Below are positions 1-8,111 of a DNA stretch of 32,000 nucleotides, in pieces. A program made the position numbers and the translations under genes. The DNA is from Yersinia phage vB_YpM_6: sequence record MT374854.1; one strand, 5' to 3'. The number at the start of each line of letters is the position of its first letter. Within the stretch, counting starts at the first letter, position 1. The notes under the pieces were generated by a model. It searched no databases, had not been told where the DNA came from, and was given only the letters and a program-made list of their open reading frames with translations.

Positions 1-32
1 ATGAAACAAGGCCCGCTATCGGGCCTTAATTT

Positions 33-560
33 TTATTCAGGCTTTTGTGGCCATTCAGGATTTGCCGTATCCACACGGCTGACCAGAACACTATAGCGTT
101 CCCATGACTCCAGTCGTGCGCGTTCCTCATCCGTCGCCATATTCAGCCTGACAGCGCGTTCCAGTGGCTGAATAACGTTTTCTGCTTCGGAAAGTAACGC
201 GGCCTTTTGTGATTCGGCCTGTTGTTGTTGCTCGTCTGCCGTATAAATCCGTTTAACCACAGCTCCGTCCTTAAACATCCACTTACCGGAATCATCAGCA
301 CGACGATTAGCTGTAATATCAGGAACCTCAACGACGCTATAACCTTCAGGGTTAAGCGTGGAGGCATCTTTGGTGATGGCGACAATAATATTATTTGCAT
401 CGTAAACAATCTTTATTGTGTCTGGCTGAAAGTTTTTCACTTCCTCATACCAGTTTTTTCCGTCTTCGGACCATAACCAGATAACATCAAAATTCTTTGT
501 TAGCTGATATTGTTCTTTTGTTTTTGGATTTCCAGACTTAATATTTTTTAAATGCTGCAT
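33..560 (-). CDS. Tail fibre assembly protein (Mu U'/Tfa-like chaperone) of the silent G-segment cassette
   Basis: 175 aa; Tfa-like C-terminus ([38 protein letters not shown]); directly downstream of the tail fibre ORF on the same strand. Confidence 0.88.
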   Translation of the reverse strand: MQHLKNIKSGNPKTKEQYQLTKNFDVIWLWSEDGKNWYEEVKNFQPDTIKIVYDANNIIVAITKDASTLNPEGYSVVEVPDITANRRADDSGKWMFKDGAVVKRIYTADEQQQQAESQKAALLSEAENVIQPLERAVRLNMATDEERARLESWERYSVLVSRVDTANPEWPQKPE

Positions 561-563
561 AAA

Positions 564-1553
564 TTACACCTGTGCGACGTTATACCATGTGCCATTGATG
601 TATTTTTGTATTGGTCTGAATACTGCCGGATCATCGCCATCAACTTCGCCGACAATGCCAAGCCCCGTAATTGCATGACCTGATTTCTCATACATCACGC
701 CTTTTTGCATAGTCTGAACAACACGTGTGCCAAGTCGGACATCTCTCACATAGCGGGAATCAAAGTTACCGTAATCCGAGGGGTTAACACGCCCTGTAAT
801 ATTTATGGTTTTATTACTTTGAATGCTGCCGGAGACAAAGCGCATAACATGGACGTTATTAGCATAAACATCCAGATACCCGTCGCCATTTTGTTTAAAT
901 CCCGTGTCATTATCACCCAAAACAATCGAGTTACCGCCAAGAGCACTGGATGTTCCGATACCCAATGCACCATTCAATTGACCGCCAGATAATGACAACG
1001 CCCCAACCTCAGCAGCAGTCGGTTTAATGTGCGAACTGTAAATTACATATACAGTTCCATCTGTCAGGCCTGTTGGTTTATTCGCTGTATAAGTTGGTGA
1101 TGTATGAATTTGTACAGTTGCATCCTTTGTATAATCCCACTGGATATTAACACCTGTGGCGTAATTACCTATTTCTACATAAATGTCATAGGTATCACCG
1201 GATGTATTCACCCATGCAAAATTAGTAAATCCAACCGAGGTCCGTCGCCATAATGCACCAGTAAGACCTTTTGGATTTCCATTTCCCGCACGAAGAACAA
1301 GTTCAGATATACCAGCCTGCATAGGGGAGTTAACATTATATCCAGCACCACCAATCAGACTTATGTAAACCACGGAACTGGCTTGTGGCATTGTTACAGT
1401 TGCCAGTTTGAACCATCCAGCACCACCACTAAAAGACATGGTTGTTGAATTTGTTGTGCCGATATTACGCAGGAATAGTTTTTTATCGGGAATATCTGCG
1501 CCGTTCTGGTTTTTCTGTAATGCGCCAGAAGCCTGATTTACCGTTTCCTGCAA
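564..1553 (-). CDS. Variable C-terminal part of the alternative tail fibre (Mu S'-like), silent orientation
   Basis: 329 aa ORF beginning inside a gix-like site with only a TTG codon; tail-fibre-like repeats (NVHVMRFVSGSIQSNKTINITGRVNPSDYGNFDSRYV); followed by a Tfa gene; opposite in strand to gin. Confidence 0.85.
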   Translation of the reverse strand: MQETVNQASGALQKNQNGADIPDKKLFLRNIGTTNSTTMSFSGGAGWFKLATVTMPQASSVVYISLIGGAGYNVNSPMQAGISELVLRAGNGNPKGLTGALWRRTSVGFTNFAWVNTSGDTYDIYVEIGNYATGVNIQWDYTKDATVQIHTSPTYTANKPTGLTDGTVYVIYSSHIKPTAAEVGALSLSGGQLNGALGIGTSSALGGNSIVLGDNDTGFKQNGDGYLDVYANNVHVMRFVSGSIQSNKTINITGRVNPSDYGNFDSRYVRDVRLGTRVVQTMQKGVMYEKSGHAITGLGIVGEVDGDDPAVFRPIQKYINGTWYNVAQV

Positions 1554-1570
1554 ACCGAGGTTTTAGATAA
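1545..1570. promoter_or_regulatory. gix-like site-specific inversion site for the Gin family invertase
   Basis: TTCCTGCAAACCGAGGTTTTAGATAA, near-identical to the Mu gix site TTCCTGTAAACCGAGGTTTTGGATAA as remembered, with central GA dinucleotide; lies between the inverted fibre cassette and gin. Confidence 0.9.
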
Positions 1571-1624
1571 TGGCTGTTTCCGGCCTGCATGGCATGATTT
1601 GCGCTTTTAAACGGGAGATCCAGA

Positions 1625-2218
1625 GTGCTGATTGGCTATGTAAGGGTATCAACAAATGACCAGAATACAGACCTGCAACGAAACGCTCTTCTTTGTGCAG
1701 GATGTGAACAAATATTTGAAGATAAATTAAGCGGAACAAGGACAGACAGACCTGGATTAAAGCGCGCTTTAAAGCGTCTTCAAAAAGGTGACACACTGGT
1801 TGTCTGGAAACTGGATCGCCTCGGGCGAAGCATGAAACATCTGATTTCTCTCGTCGGAGAACTACGGGAGCGAGGGATTAATTTTCGCAGCCTTACTGAC
1901 AGTATTGATACGTCATCCCCAATGGGGCGTTTTTTCTTCCACGTTATGGGTGCCCTGGCTGAAATGGAACGAGAACTAATCATCGAGCGAACGATGGCAG
2001 GACTTGCTGCCGCCAGAAATAAAGGCCGTATTGGTGGGCGACCACCTAAACTAACCAAAGCGGAATGGGAGCAGGCCGGGCGTTTATTAGCACAAGGAAT
2101 CCCCCGCAAGCAGGTTGCATTGATCTACGATGTGGCCCTGTCAACTCTGTATAAAAAACACCCCGCGAAACGAACGCATATAGAAAACGACGATCGAATA
2201 AATCAAATCGATCGGTAA
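1625..2218 (+). CDS. gin: Serine recombinase, DNA invertase Gin/Pin family
   Basis: 197 aa from GTG; MLIGYVRVSTNDQNTDLQRNAL, DKLSGTRTDRPGL, LVVWKLDRLGRS, GALAEMERELIIERT and C-terminal HTH. Confidence 0.95.
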   Translation: MLIGYVRVSTNDQNTDLQRNALLCAGCEQIFEDKLSGTRTDRPGLKRALKRLQKGDTLVVWKLDRLGRSMKHLISLVGELRERGINFRSLTDSIDTSSPMGRFFFHVMGALAEMERELIIERTMAGLAAARNKGRIGGRPPKLTKAEWEQAGRLLAQGIPRKQVALIYDVALSTLYKKHPAKRTHIENDDRINQIDR

Positions 2219-2226
2219 TACAGATC
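2192..2226. promoter_or_regulatory. Cluster of three GATC (Dam) sites upstream of the com-mom promoter
   Basis: GATC at 2192-2195, 2210-2213 and 2223-2226; same arrangement class as the Dam/OxyR control region of the Mu mom operon. Confidence 0.75.
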
Positions 2227-2228
2227 GA

Positions 2229-2275
2229 TTATGTCTCAATAACCACACTCAACCCATGATGTTTTTTAAGATAAT
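2229..2275 (+). promoter_or_regulatory. com-mom late promoter with activator C binding site
   Basis: TTAT-GTCTCA-ATAA at 2229-2242 matches the Mu C site TTAT-N6-ATAA; T6 run 2262-2267 leads into -10-like TAAGAT 2267-2272. Confidence 0.8.
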
Positions 2276-2300
2276 GGCGAATTGATGCAAAGGAGGTGAG

Positions 2301-2489
2301 ATGAAATCAATTCGCTGTAAAAACTGCAACAAACTGTTATTTAAGGCGGATTCCTTTGATCACATTGAAATCAGGTGTCCGCGTTGCAAACGTCACATCA
2401 TAATGCTGAATGCCTGCGAGCATCCCACGGAGAAACATTGTGGGAAAAGAGAAAAAATCACGCATTCTGACGAAACCGTGCGTTATTGA
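2301..2489 (+). CDS. com: Com, zinc-finger translational activator of mom
   Basis: 62 aa [35 protein letters not shown] with two CxxC pairs; overlaps the start of mom. Confidence 0.93.
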   Translation: MKSIRCKNCNKLLFKADSFDHIEIRCPRCKRHIIMLNACEHPTEKHCGKREKITHSDETVRY

Positions 2490-3147
2490 GTATGAAGGCC
2501 AGATTGTTGGCTATGGTTCAAAGGAGCTGCGCGTTGAAACCATATCCTGCTGGCTGGCCCGCACAATTATTCAGACAAAGCACTATTCCCGCCGTTTTGT
2601 GAATAACTCTTACCTCCACCTGGGAGTATTCAGCGGACGCGATCTGGTTGGCGTTCTCCAGTGGGGATATGCCCTTAACCCCAACTCAGGTCGTCGTGTC
2701 GTGCTTGAAACGGATAACCGGGGCTATATGGAGTTGAACCGCATGTGGCTACACGACAACATGCCCCGCAACTCTGAATCTCGGGCCATCAGTTATGCAC
2801 TGAAAACCATAAGGTTACTGTATCCGTCAGTGGAGTGGGTTCAGTCCTTTGCTGACGAACGCTGCGGACGCGCAGGCGTTGTGTATCAGGCGTCGAATTT
2901 TGATTTTATTGGCAGCCATGAAAGCACGTTCTACGAGCTGGATGGTGAGTGGTATCACGAGATAACGATGAACGCGATTAAGCGAGGTGGACAACGAGGC
3001 GTGTATTTACGGGCTAATAAAGAGCGTGCCGTGGTGCACAAATTTAATCAGTATCGCTACATCAGGTTCCTGAACAAGCGAGCAAGGAAGCGGCTAAATA
3101 CTAAGCTATTCAGGGTTCAACCATACCCTAAAAGCACTCCCGATTAG
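2410..3147 (+). CDS. mom: Mom DNA adenine modification (momylation) protein; exact start uncertain
   Basis: 245 aa with GNAT-like modification protein segments ([83 protein letters not shown]); overlaps com in another frame. Confidence 0.93.
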   Translation: MPASIPRRNIVGKEKKSRILTKPCVIEYEGQIVGYGSKELRVETISCWLARTIIQTKHYSRRFVNNSYLHLGVFSGRDLVGVLQWGYALNPNSGRRVVLETDNRGYMELNRMWLHDNMPRNSESRAISYALKTIRLLYPSVEWVQSFADERCGRAGVVYQASNFDFIGSHESTFYELDGEWYHEITMNAIKRGGQRGVYLRANKERAVVHKFNQYRYIRFLNKRARKRLNTKLFRVQPYPKSTPD

Positions 3148-3228
3148 TATCAAATAATTTTTCGTTGTGCCGTTTTGGGTAGTATCAAAAAAAATTCAAA
3201 ACGGTATCAAATGATTTTGCGCGCTTTA
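3145..3228. repeat. Phage right end: three transposase-binding-like repeats (R3, R2, R1)
   Basis: TAGTATCAAAT 3145-3155, TAGTATCAAAA 3180-3190, CGGTATCAAATGATTT 3202-3217; GTATC start intervals 35 and 22 bp, matching Mu R3-R2-R1 spacing; exact terminus not resolved. Confidence 0.8.
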
Positions 3229-3230
3229 AT

Positions 3231-3357
3231 TCGCTTGCTGCCTAGCTGTAATTCCAATTACTTTGGGTAACACTCTTCTTACTTGAAATTGCAGCGTTGT
3301 TAGCGGCACTCACTCACCCGATTCACTGACGTGAGTCAGCTTATCGGGATTCATTCT
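3231..3357. repeat. ERIC-like element (~127 bp) in circularly permuted order between phage right and left ends
   Basis: CTTGCTGCCTAGCTGTAATTCCAATTACTTTGGGTAA resembles the ERIC terminal arm (CTTGCCGCCTTCCTGCAACTCGAATTATTTTGGGTATA); TTACTTGAAATTGCAGCGTTGTTAGCGGCACTCACTCACCCGATTCACTGACGTGAGTCAGCTTATCGGGATTCATTC resembles the other ERIC arm and its central hairpin. Confidence 0.8.
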
Positions 3358-3358
3358 A

Positions 3359-3535
3359 TGAAGAGGTAAATCATTTGATACTGCTGAAAAATCCGGGAGG
3401 AAAGTGGATCAAACGGGATTTGATGGGATAAAACAAACAGTTATGACGTAAAACAGTGTTATGCGCACAACATGTGATTTGATACTACTGTCGCAAAGAA
3501 AGCTAAAAACGAAAAAATATTTGATACTACTGATT
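3359..3535. repeat. Phage left end: three transposase-binding-like repeats (L1, L2, L3)
   Basis: TTTGATAC repeats with GATAC at 3377-3381, 3481-3485 and 3523-3527; intervals 104 and 42 bp versus about 105 and 40 in Mu; L1 followed by CCGGGAGG..GTGGAT..CGGGATTTGATGGGAT like the Mu left end. Confidence 0.82.
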
Positions 3536-3575
3536 TCTGCGATTTTAACGTTTTAAACAGGTTAAAAAACCAGCC

Positions 3576-3598
3576 GCGGGCTATTGGAATTAGCCCGC
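3576..3598 (-). terminator. Putative terminator of the c repressor gene
   Basis: Perfect 8 bp stem GCGGGCTA-TTGGAAT-TAGCCCGC overlapping the c stop codon; T6 run downstream on the minus strand (complement of 3565-3570). Confidence 0.55.
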
Positions 3599-4174
3599 CT
3601 TCGATTCTAAACTACTTGAGAGTTTATCGCTTTCAATTTCTGCCAAAATCTCTCTAATTCTTTCATCCGATAAATGATCTAAAAGTAGAGCTGCTGCACG
3701 TTTTCGTCCTTCAAGTTGGATTAGTTCTTGATTCTCTGGTTCAAGTAACCGTGACAAGTACTTAGCTCCATTTAGCGCGAGGATTTTTGATAATCGCTCT
3801 GCCTCTGATGCTTCTAAAGCACTTAGTATAGCAAGAAGGCGCTGTAGCGTTATATCTAGGGGCAATTGGACGTTTTCATCTATTTTAGGTGATATTGGTT
3901 CTATATCCTCCTTGCCAAAAACAAGCCAATCAATGCTCACCCCTTCTGCAAAAGCAATCTGACTAGCTACTTGTAGAGATGGTGTCGCATCTTTCTCAAA
4001 GTAGTTGTTAAGTGTTGAGAACGGTAGCCCCCACGCCTTCGCCACGGCAGTCTTGGAGCGCCCGCGCATTAGCATGGCTAGGCGCTCTTTAATGCTTTCT
4101 TTTTGAAACACAGGAAAAGAAAAATCACTTTCTTTTTCAGTGCTTCTTTCTTTTCTGTTAACTATATGATTCAT
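3590..4174 (-). CDS. c: Mu-like phage repressor (c-like) with N-terminal HTH
   Basis: ORF MNHIVNRKERSTEKESDFSFPVFQKESIKERLAMLMRGRSKTAVAKAWGLPFSTLNNYFEK; divergent from ner/A/B; ATG at 4174 has an AAGGA ribosome site, preferred over the 4225 start in the track. Confidence 0.82.
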   Translation of the reverse strand: MNHIVNRKERSTEKESDFSFPVFQKESIKERLAMLMRGRSKTAVAKAWGLPFSTLNNYFEKDATPSLQVASQIAFAEGVSIDWLVFGKEDIEPISPKIDENVQLPLDITLQRLLAILSALEASEAERLSKILALNGAKYLSRLLEPENQELIQLEGRKRAAALLLDHLSDERIREILAEIESDKLSSSLESKAG

Positions 4175-4189
4175 AAAGAAATATCCTTT

Positions 4190-4312
4190 TGTAGATAAAA
4201 ACCACCAAAGAAAGAGATAAAACACCTTTACTTTTCTTTTGTAGTGATCAAATATTTATCTGTAGAGATTATCCGGCGGTGTTATCCGCGCAGATAACTT
4301 TTAAGGATAAAC
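4190..4312. promoter_or_regulatory. Divergent repressor/early promoter-operator region
   Basis: Seven GATAA/TTATC motifs between c and ner, including inverted repeat GTTATC-N6-GATAAC at 4281-4298. Confidence 0.55.
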
Positions 4313-4314
4313 GA

Positions 4315-4551
4315 ATGATGTCTATAAATGAAGTTGTTAAACAGGACTGGCACCCCGCGCATGTTGTCGCGGCGGTGCATGTAAAAGGTTTTACTTTACG
4401 CTCTCTGTCCATTGAAGCCGGTTTAAACCAGGATTCTTTAAAGAATGCCCTGTACCGCAAATGCCCAAAATATGAGCGCATTATTGCTGATGCTATTGGT
4501 GTTGCTCCGGAGGAGATCTGGCCCAGCCGTTACGCTCGTAAGGTGGCATAA
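4315..4551 (+). CDS. ner: Ner-like DNA-binding negative regulator
   Basis: MMSINEVVKQDWHPAHVVAAVHVKGFTLRSLSIEAGLNQDSLKNALYRKCPKYERIIADAIGVAPEEIWPSRY, typical Ner/SfsB HTH; AAGGA upstream of ATG 4315. Confidence 0.92.
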   Translation: MMSINEVVKQDWHPAHVVAAVHVKGFTLRSLSIEAGLNQDSLKNALYRKCPKYERIIADAIGVAPEEIWPSRYARKVA

Positions 4552-4553
4552 AA

Positions 4554-6647
4554 ATGTTTGTATCAGTTAATGAGCTTGTAGGGCTACCAGGTATGCCGGG
4601 AACTGCGCAAGGGGTGCGGTATTCCATAAGGAAACTGGCCTCATCTGAGCATTTCAGGCGCAAACGTGCGGGTTCAAAAACCATTGAATACAGCATCGAC
4701 TGCCTCCCTCCGGTTACACAACGGGCGTTACGTGAGCGACATGTAGCTCAACTGATGGCAAGCGCCCCGCAGGAGATAACTACCCAGCCTCCTGTAAAGC
4801 GTGAACGCAAACAAAATGTTGTACAGCCTGTTGAGGCATATCGCGGTTCGCCACAATTGGTAGAAGAGCGTCTGAATGCGCTTACGGAAAATCAACGTAA
4901 AGTTGCAGAAGCGCGCATTGCTCTTGTCTGTGAAGTTCTACGAATTAGCCAGGAGCCGGGATTCAGTTGTGCCAGCGCTATACGTTTTATTGTGTCGCGG
5001 TTAGCACAGGGTAACCTGGAAGAACGCCTGGAATCTTTGGTCATTACTGCTAATGCCCGTAAAGGAAAAGAGCGAACTCTGAGCGCAATTACGCTCAAAC
5101 GTTGGATAGCTGCGTTTAACAAAGCACAGAATGCCGCAGAACGACTGCTGTTACTGGCACCAGGAAAGCGCGACGAAATAAAACCGGAAGAAATTAGCTG
5201 GCTGCCTGAATTTCTGGCGCAGTATCGTCAGGCTAACGGCAGGCCTATGTCTGAAGCCTATGAGGATTTTGTCGCTGATTGGCAGCGTCGCCATGCGGAC
5301 GAACCATACATGCTGGAGGTGATGCCTTCCTATGATGTTGTCCGGTATGCCATGAAAAAACTGCCGGAAGTGGTGAAACAAAAAGGGCGCGTTACCGGCA
5401 GTGAATACCGTCAGCTTGAAGGATTCACCCGCCGCGACTGGACAGCTATGCCGGTGAATTATGTCTGGATTGGTGACGGTCACGGTATGAAGCTGAAATG
5501 TGCGCATCCGGTTCACGGGCGTCCATTTTCACCGGAAGTTACGTTTGTGATCGACGGTGGAACCCGGTTTGTGGTTGGCTGGAGTCTTGATCTTGCGGAG
5601 AACGTGTTCGCTGTTGCCGGGGCGATACAACACGGCATTCGCAATCACGGAAAACCATTCCTGTATTACTCGGATAATGGTTCCGGTGAAACGGCAGATA
5701 TGCTGGATAAAGAGATCGTCGGTATTCTGCCCCGTCTGGGGATTAACCACCCCACCGGTATTGCGGGAAATCCGCAGGGACGAGGCATTATTGAACGACT
5801 GAACCGGACGTTGCCGATGCGTATAGCCAGGAGATATCGCACCTATTTTGGTAAAGGTGCTGACCGGGAATCGTTGCGTGTACTTAATCGTGATCTGCGT
5901 TCTGCATTTAATGCCCTGCAACAGGACAAGCCGCTGAATGCTCGCCAGAAGTCTGCAATGCGCGAGCTGCCGTCCTGGTCAGAACTGATTGAGGCTATCC
6001 GTGAGGGTGTGGAGTGGTACAACAACCGCCCGCATTCTGAATTGCCGATGAAACCAAACGGGCGGCATTACAGCCCGGCAGAGTTCAGAAAAAAACGCTT
6101 AGCGGAAGAAGACACTGAAATTGAGTGGCTGAGTGATATTGAGCTGCGTGACATGTTCCGCCCGATGGTGGAGCGTCCGGTAAGACGCTGCGAAATCCAG
6201 TGGCTGAACAATATTTACTACGCGCCAGAGCTGCGTGATGAACATGGTCGCAAGGTACTTATCAGCTATGACATTCATGATGCCGAGCGAATTACGGTAC
6301 GCCGTAAGGACGGTAGCTTTATCTGTGAGGCGATATGGAACGGCAATAAACGCGCAGCCTTTCCTGTTACGGCTGAATATCACAAACAACAGCAACGTAT
6401 TAAAGGAATGCGCAAGCGTGCTGAGGAAAAAATACGTGATGCTGAGGATGAAGGTATTCAGGTTATTGAACAAAAAACGATAGAACCTTGGCTGGATAAT
6501 GTTTATCGCCCTGTTGGTAATGTGGTGACCGTTCAGCCGTTGAGGTGTGAGGAAGAGCATGATGATGAATACGAAACTGAGCGTGATGAATATCTGAATC
6601 ATTCGCTGGATATTCTGGAACAGAACAGACGTAAAAAAGCCATTTAA
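4554..6647 (+). CDS. A: MuA-type DDE transposase
   Basis: 697 aa; N-terminal Mu DNA-binding domain; catalytic core segments WIGDGHGMKLK, LYYSDNGSGE, GNPQGRGIIERLNRT; Mu-type C-terminal domain. Confidence 0.97.
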   Translation: MFVSVNELVGLPGMPGTAQGVRYSIRKLASSEHFRRKRAGSKTIEYSIDCLPPVTQRALRERHVAQLMASAPQEITTQPPVKRERKQNVVQPVEAYRGSPQLVEERLNALTENQRKVAEARIALVCEVLRISQEPGFSCASAIRFIVSRLAQGNLEERLESLVITANARKGKERTLSAITLKRWIAAFNKAQNAAERLLLLAPGKRDEIKPEEISWLPEFLAQYRQANGRPMSEAYEDFVADWQRRHADEPYMLEVMPSYDVVRYAMKKLPEVVKQKGRVTGSEYRQLEGFTRRDWTAMPVNYVWIGDGHGMKLKCAHPVHGRPFSPEVTFVIDGGTRFVVGWSLDLAENVFAVAGAIQHGIRNHGKPFLYYSDNGSGETADMLDKEIVGILPRLGINHPTGIAGNPQGRGIIERLNRTLPMRIARRYRTYFGKGADRESLRVLNRDLRSAFNALQQDKPLNARQKSAMRELPSWSELIEAIREGVEWYNNRPHSELPMKPNGRHYSPAEFRKKRLAEEDTEIEWLSDIELRDMFRPMVERPVRRCEIQWLNNIYYAPELRDEHGRKVLISYDIHDAERITVRRKDGSFICEAIWNGNKRAAFPVTAEYHKQQQRIKGMRKRAEEKIRDAEDEGIQVIEQKTIEPWLDNVYRPVGNVVTVQPLRCEEEHDDEYETERDEYLNHSLDILEQNRRKKAI

Positions 6648-6685
6648 TTAACGTTTAAACAAAATTTAATTACGAGGTTATTCAG

Positions 6686-7624
6686 ATGAATATTTCCGAT
6701 ATTCGCGCAGAACTGCGCACGCTTGTAGAAAATGAAGAAACCACCTTTAAACAAATTGCTCTTGAGAGCGGGCTTTCTACCGGAACTATCAGTAGTTTTA
6801 TCAATGATAAGTACAACGGGGATAACGAGCGTGTTTCACAAATTCTGCAACGCTGGCTGGAAAAATATCATGCAGTTGCAGAACTACCTGAGCCGCCCCG
6901 CTTTGTGGAAACGCAGACGGTAAAACAAATCTGGACAAGTATGCGTTTTGCCAGCCTGACTGAAAGTATTGCTGTTGTATGTGGCAATCCTGGTGTGGGC
7001 AAAACCGAAGCGGCCCGTGAATATCGCCGCACCAATAACAATGTCTGGATGATCACCATTACGCCATCCTGTGCCAGCGTTCTGGAATGTCTTACTGAAC
7101 TGGCGTTTGAGCTGGGAATGAATGACGCACCACGCCGTAAAGGGCCGCTCTCCCGCGCCCTGCGACGTCGCCTTGAAGGTACACAGGGGCTGGTTATCAT
7201 CGACGAAGCTGATCATCTTGGTGCCGAGGTTCTGGAAGAACTCCGCCTGTTACAGGAATCAACCCGTATTGGCCTTGTGCTGATGGGAAATCACCGGGTT
7301 TATTCAAATATGACGGGGGGTAACAGAACGGTTGAATTTGCCCGTCTGTTTTCCCGTATTGCAAAGCGCACTGCAATTAATAAAACCAAAAAAGCCGATG
7401 TAAAAGCTATTGCGGATGCCTGGCAGATTAACGGTGAAAAAGAACTGGAGTTATTACAGCAGATTGCGCAGAAACCAGGTGCGCTTCGCATTCTGAATCA
7501 TTCACTTCGCCTTGCCGCCATGACGGCTCACGGTAAAGGTGAGCGTGTTAACGAAGATTATCTGCGTCAGGCTTTCCGTGAATTAGACCTGGACGTTGAT
7601 ATTTCAACGCTGCTGCGTAATTAA
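6686..7624 (+). CDS. B: MuB-type AAA+ ATPase, transposition target selection
   Basis: 312 aa; N-terminal HTH, Walker A GNPGVGKTEA, Walker B GLVIIDEADHL; follows A. Confidence 0.96.
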   Translation: MNISDIRAELRTLVENEETTFKQIALESGLSTGTISSFINDKYNGDNERVSQILQRWLEKYHAVAELPEPPRFVETQTVKQIWTSMRFASLTESIAVVCGNPGVGKTEAAREYRRTNNNVWMITITPSCASVLECLTELAFELGMNDAPRRKGPLSRALRRRLEGTQGLVIIDEADHLGAEVLEELRLLQESTRIGLVLMGNHRVYSNMTGGNRTVEFARLFSRIAKRTAINKTKKADVKAIADAWQINGEKELELLQQIAQKPGALRILNHSLRLAAMTAHGKGERVNEDYLRQAFRELDLDVDISTLLRN

Positions 7625-7639
7625 GAAGGAGAAGAAATT

Positions 7640-7867
7640 ATGATGGCCCGAAATATAAAAATGGCAACGGATGCGCAGAACTGGTTACAGGCGCGCGGGA
7701 GTCATGTAAATGAATCATATCTCGGCGTGGCGCGTCCGATTCTTGAAATCACTTACCCACCGGTGGAACTGGTAAAAAACGCGGTCAGAATTATGGAGCA
7801 TAAGTCCGGGGTGGCCCGTTCTGTATGGACGGCCCGTCTTAATGGTTGCCAGATTATCTGGAGATAA
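7640..7867 (+). CDS. Hypothetical early protein
   Basis: 75 aa ORF with GAAGGAG-type RBS, in line with the early operon. Confidence 0.65.
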
Positions 7868-7869
7868 CG

Positions 7870-8100
7870 ATGTGTACTAAAGCTGAAAAATATATTGAAT
7901 GGGTTAAACGGGTACAGAATAACAATGTGGCTCTGACTGCATTTAATTGCCCCAAATGCAAAGAGCAAATTATGACGCAATGCTCACCAGAAAATGAAGT
8001 ATGGGACTCCTTTGCATGTTGTCCGTGGTGCAGCGCGGTTTTCTTTAAGCAGGTAAAAGGCGCGAAGGTAAAAGCCAGCGCAGTTATTCAGAATCAATAA
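7870..8100 (+). CDS. Hypothetical zinc-ribbon-like early protein
   Basis: ATG at 7870 behind GGAGATAACG; CPKCKEQ ... CCPWC motif pair. Confidence 0.65.
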   Translation: MCTKAEKYIEWVKRVQNNNVALTAFNCPKCKEQIMTQCSPENEVWDSFACCPWCSAVFFKQVKGAKVKASAVIQNQ

Positions 8101-8111
8101 GGAGACGCAAA

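Noticed and set aside
1625-2218. gin as a transposon resolvase marking a separate mobile element
   Set aside because: The adjacent gix site, inverted fibre cassette and com/mom identify it as the phage G-segment invertase.
3231-3357. CRISPR, retron or ncRNA explanation for the structured spacer between phage ends
   Set aside because: The hairpin and flanking arms are explained by ERIC-like sequence; there are no repeated spacers or reverse transcriptase nearby.
3590-4225. Repressor start at 4225 in the ORF track
   Set aside because: The extra 17 residues are atypical; ATG 4174 has a good AAGGA site and a more plausible N-terminus.
5151-5921. Long minus-strand ORFs opposite transposase A (5151-5516, 5529-5921)
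   Set aside because: Antisense shadows of a strongly supported coding gene, with no recognisable protein features.
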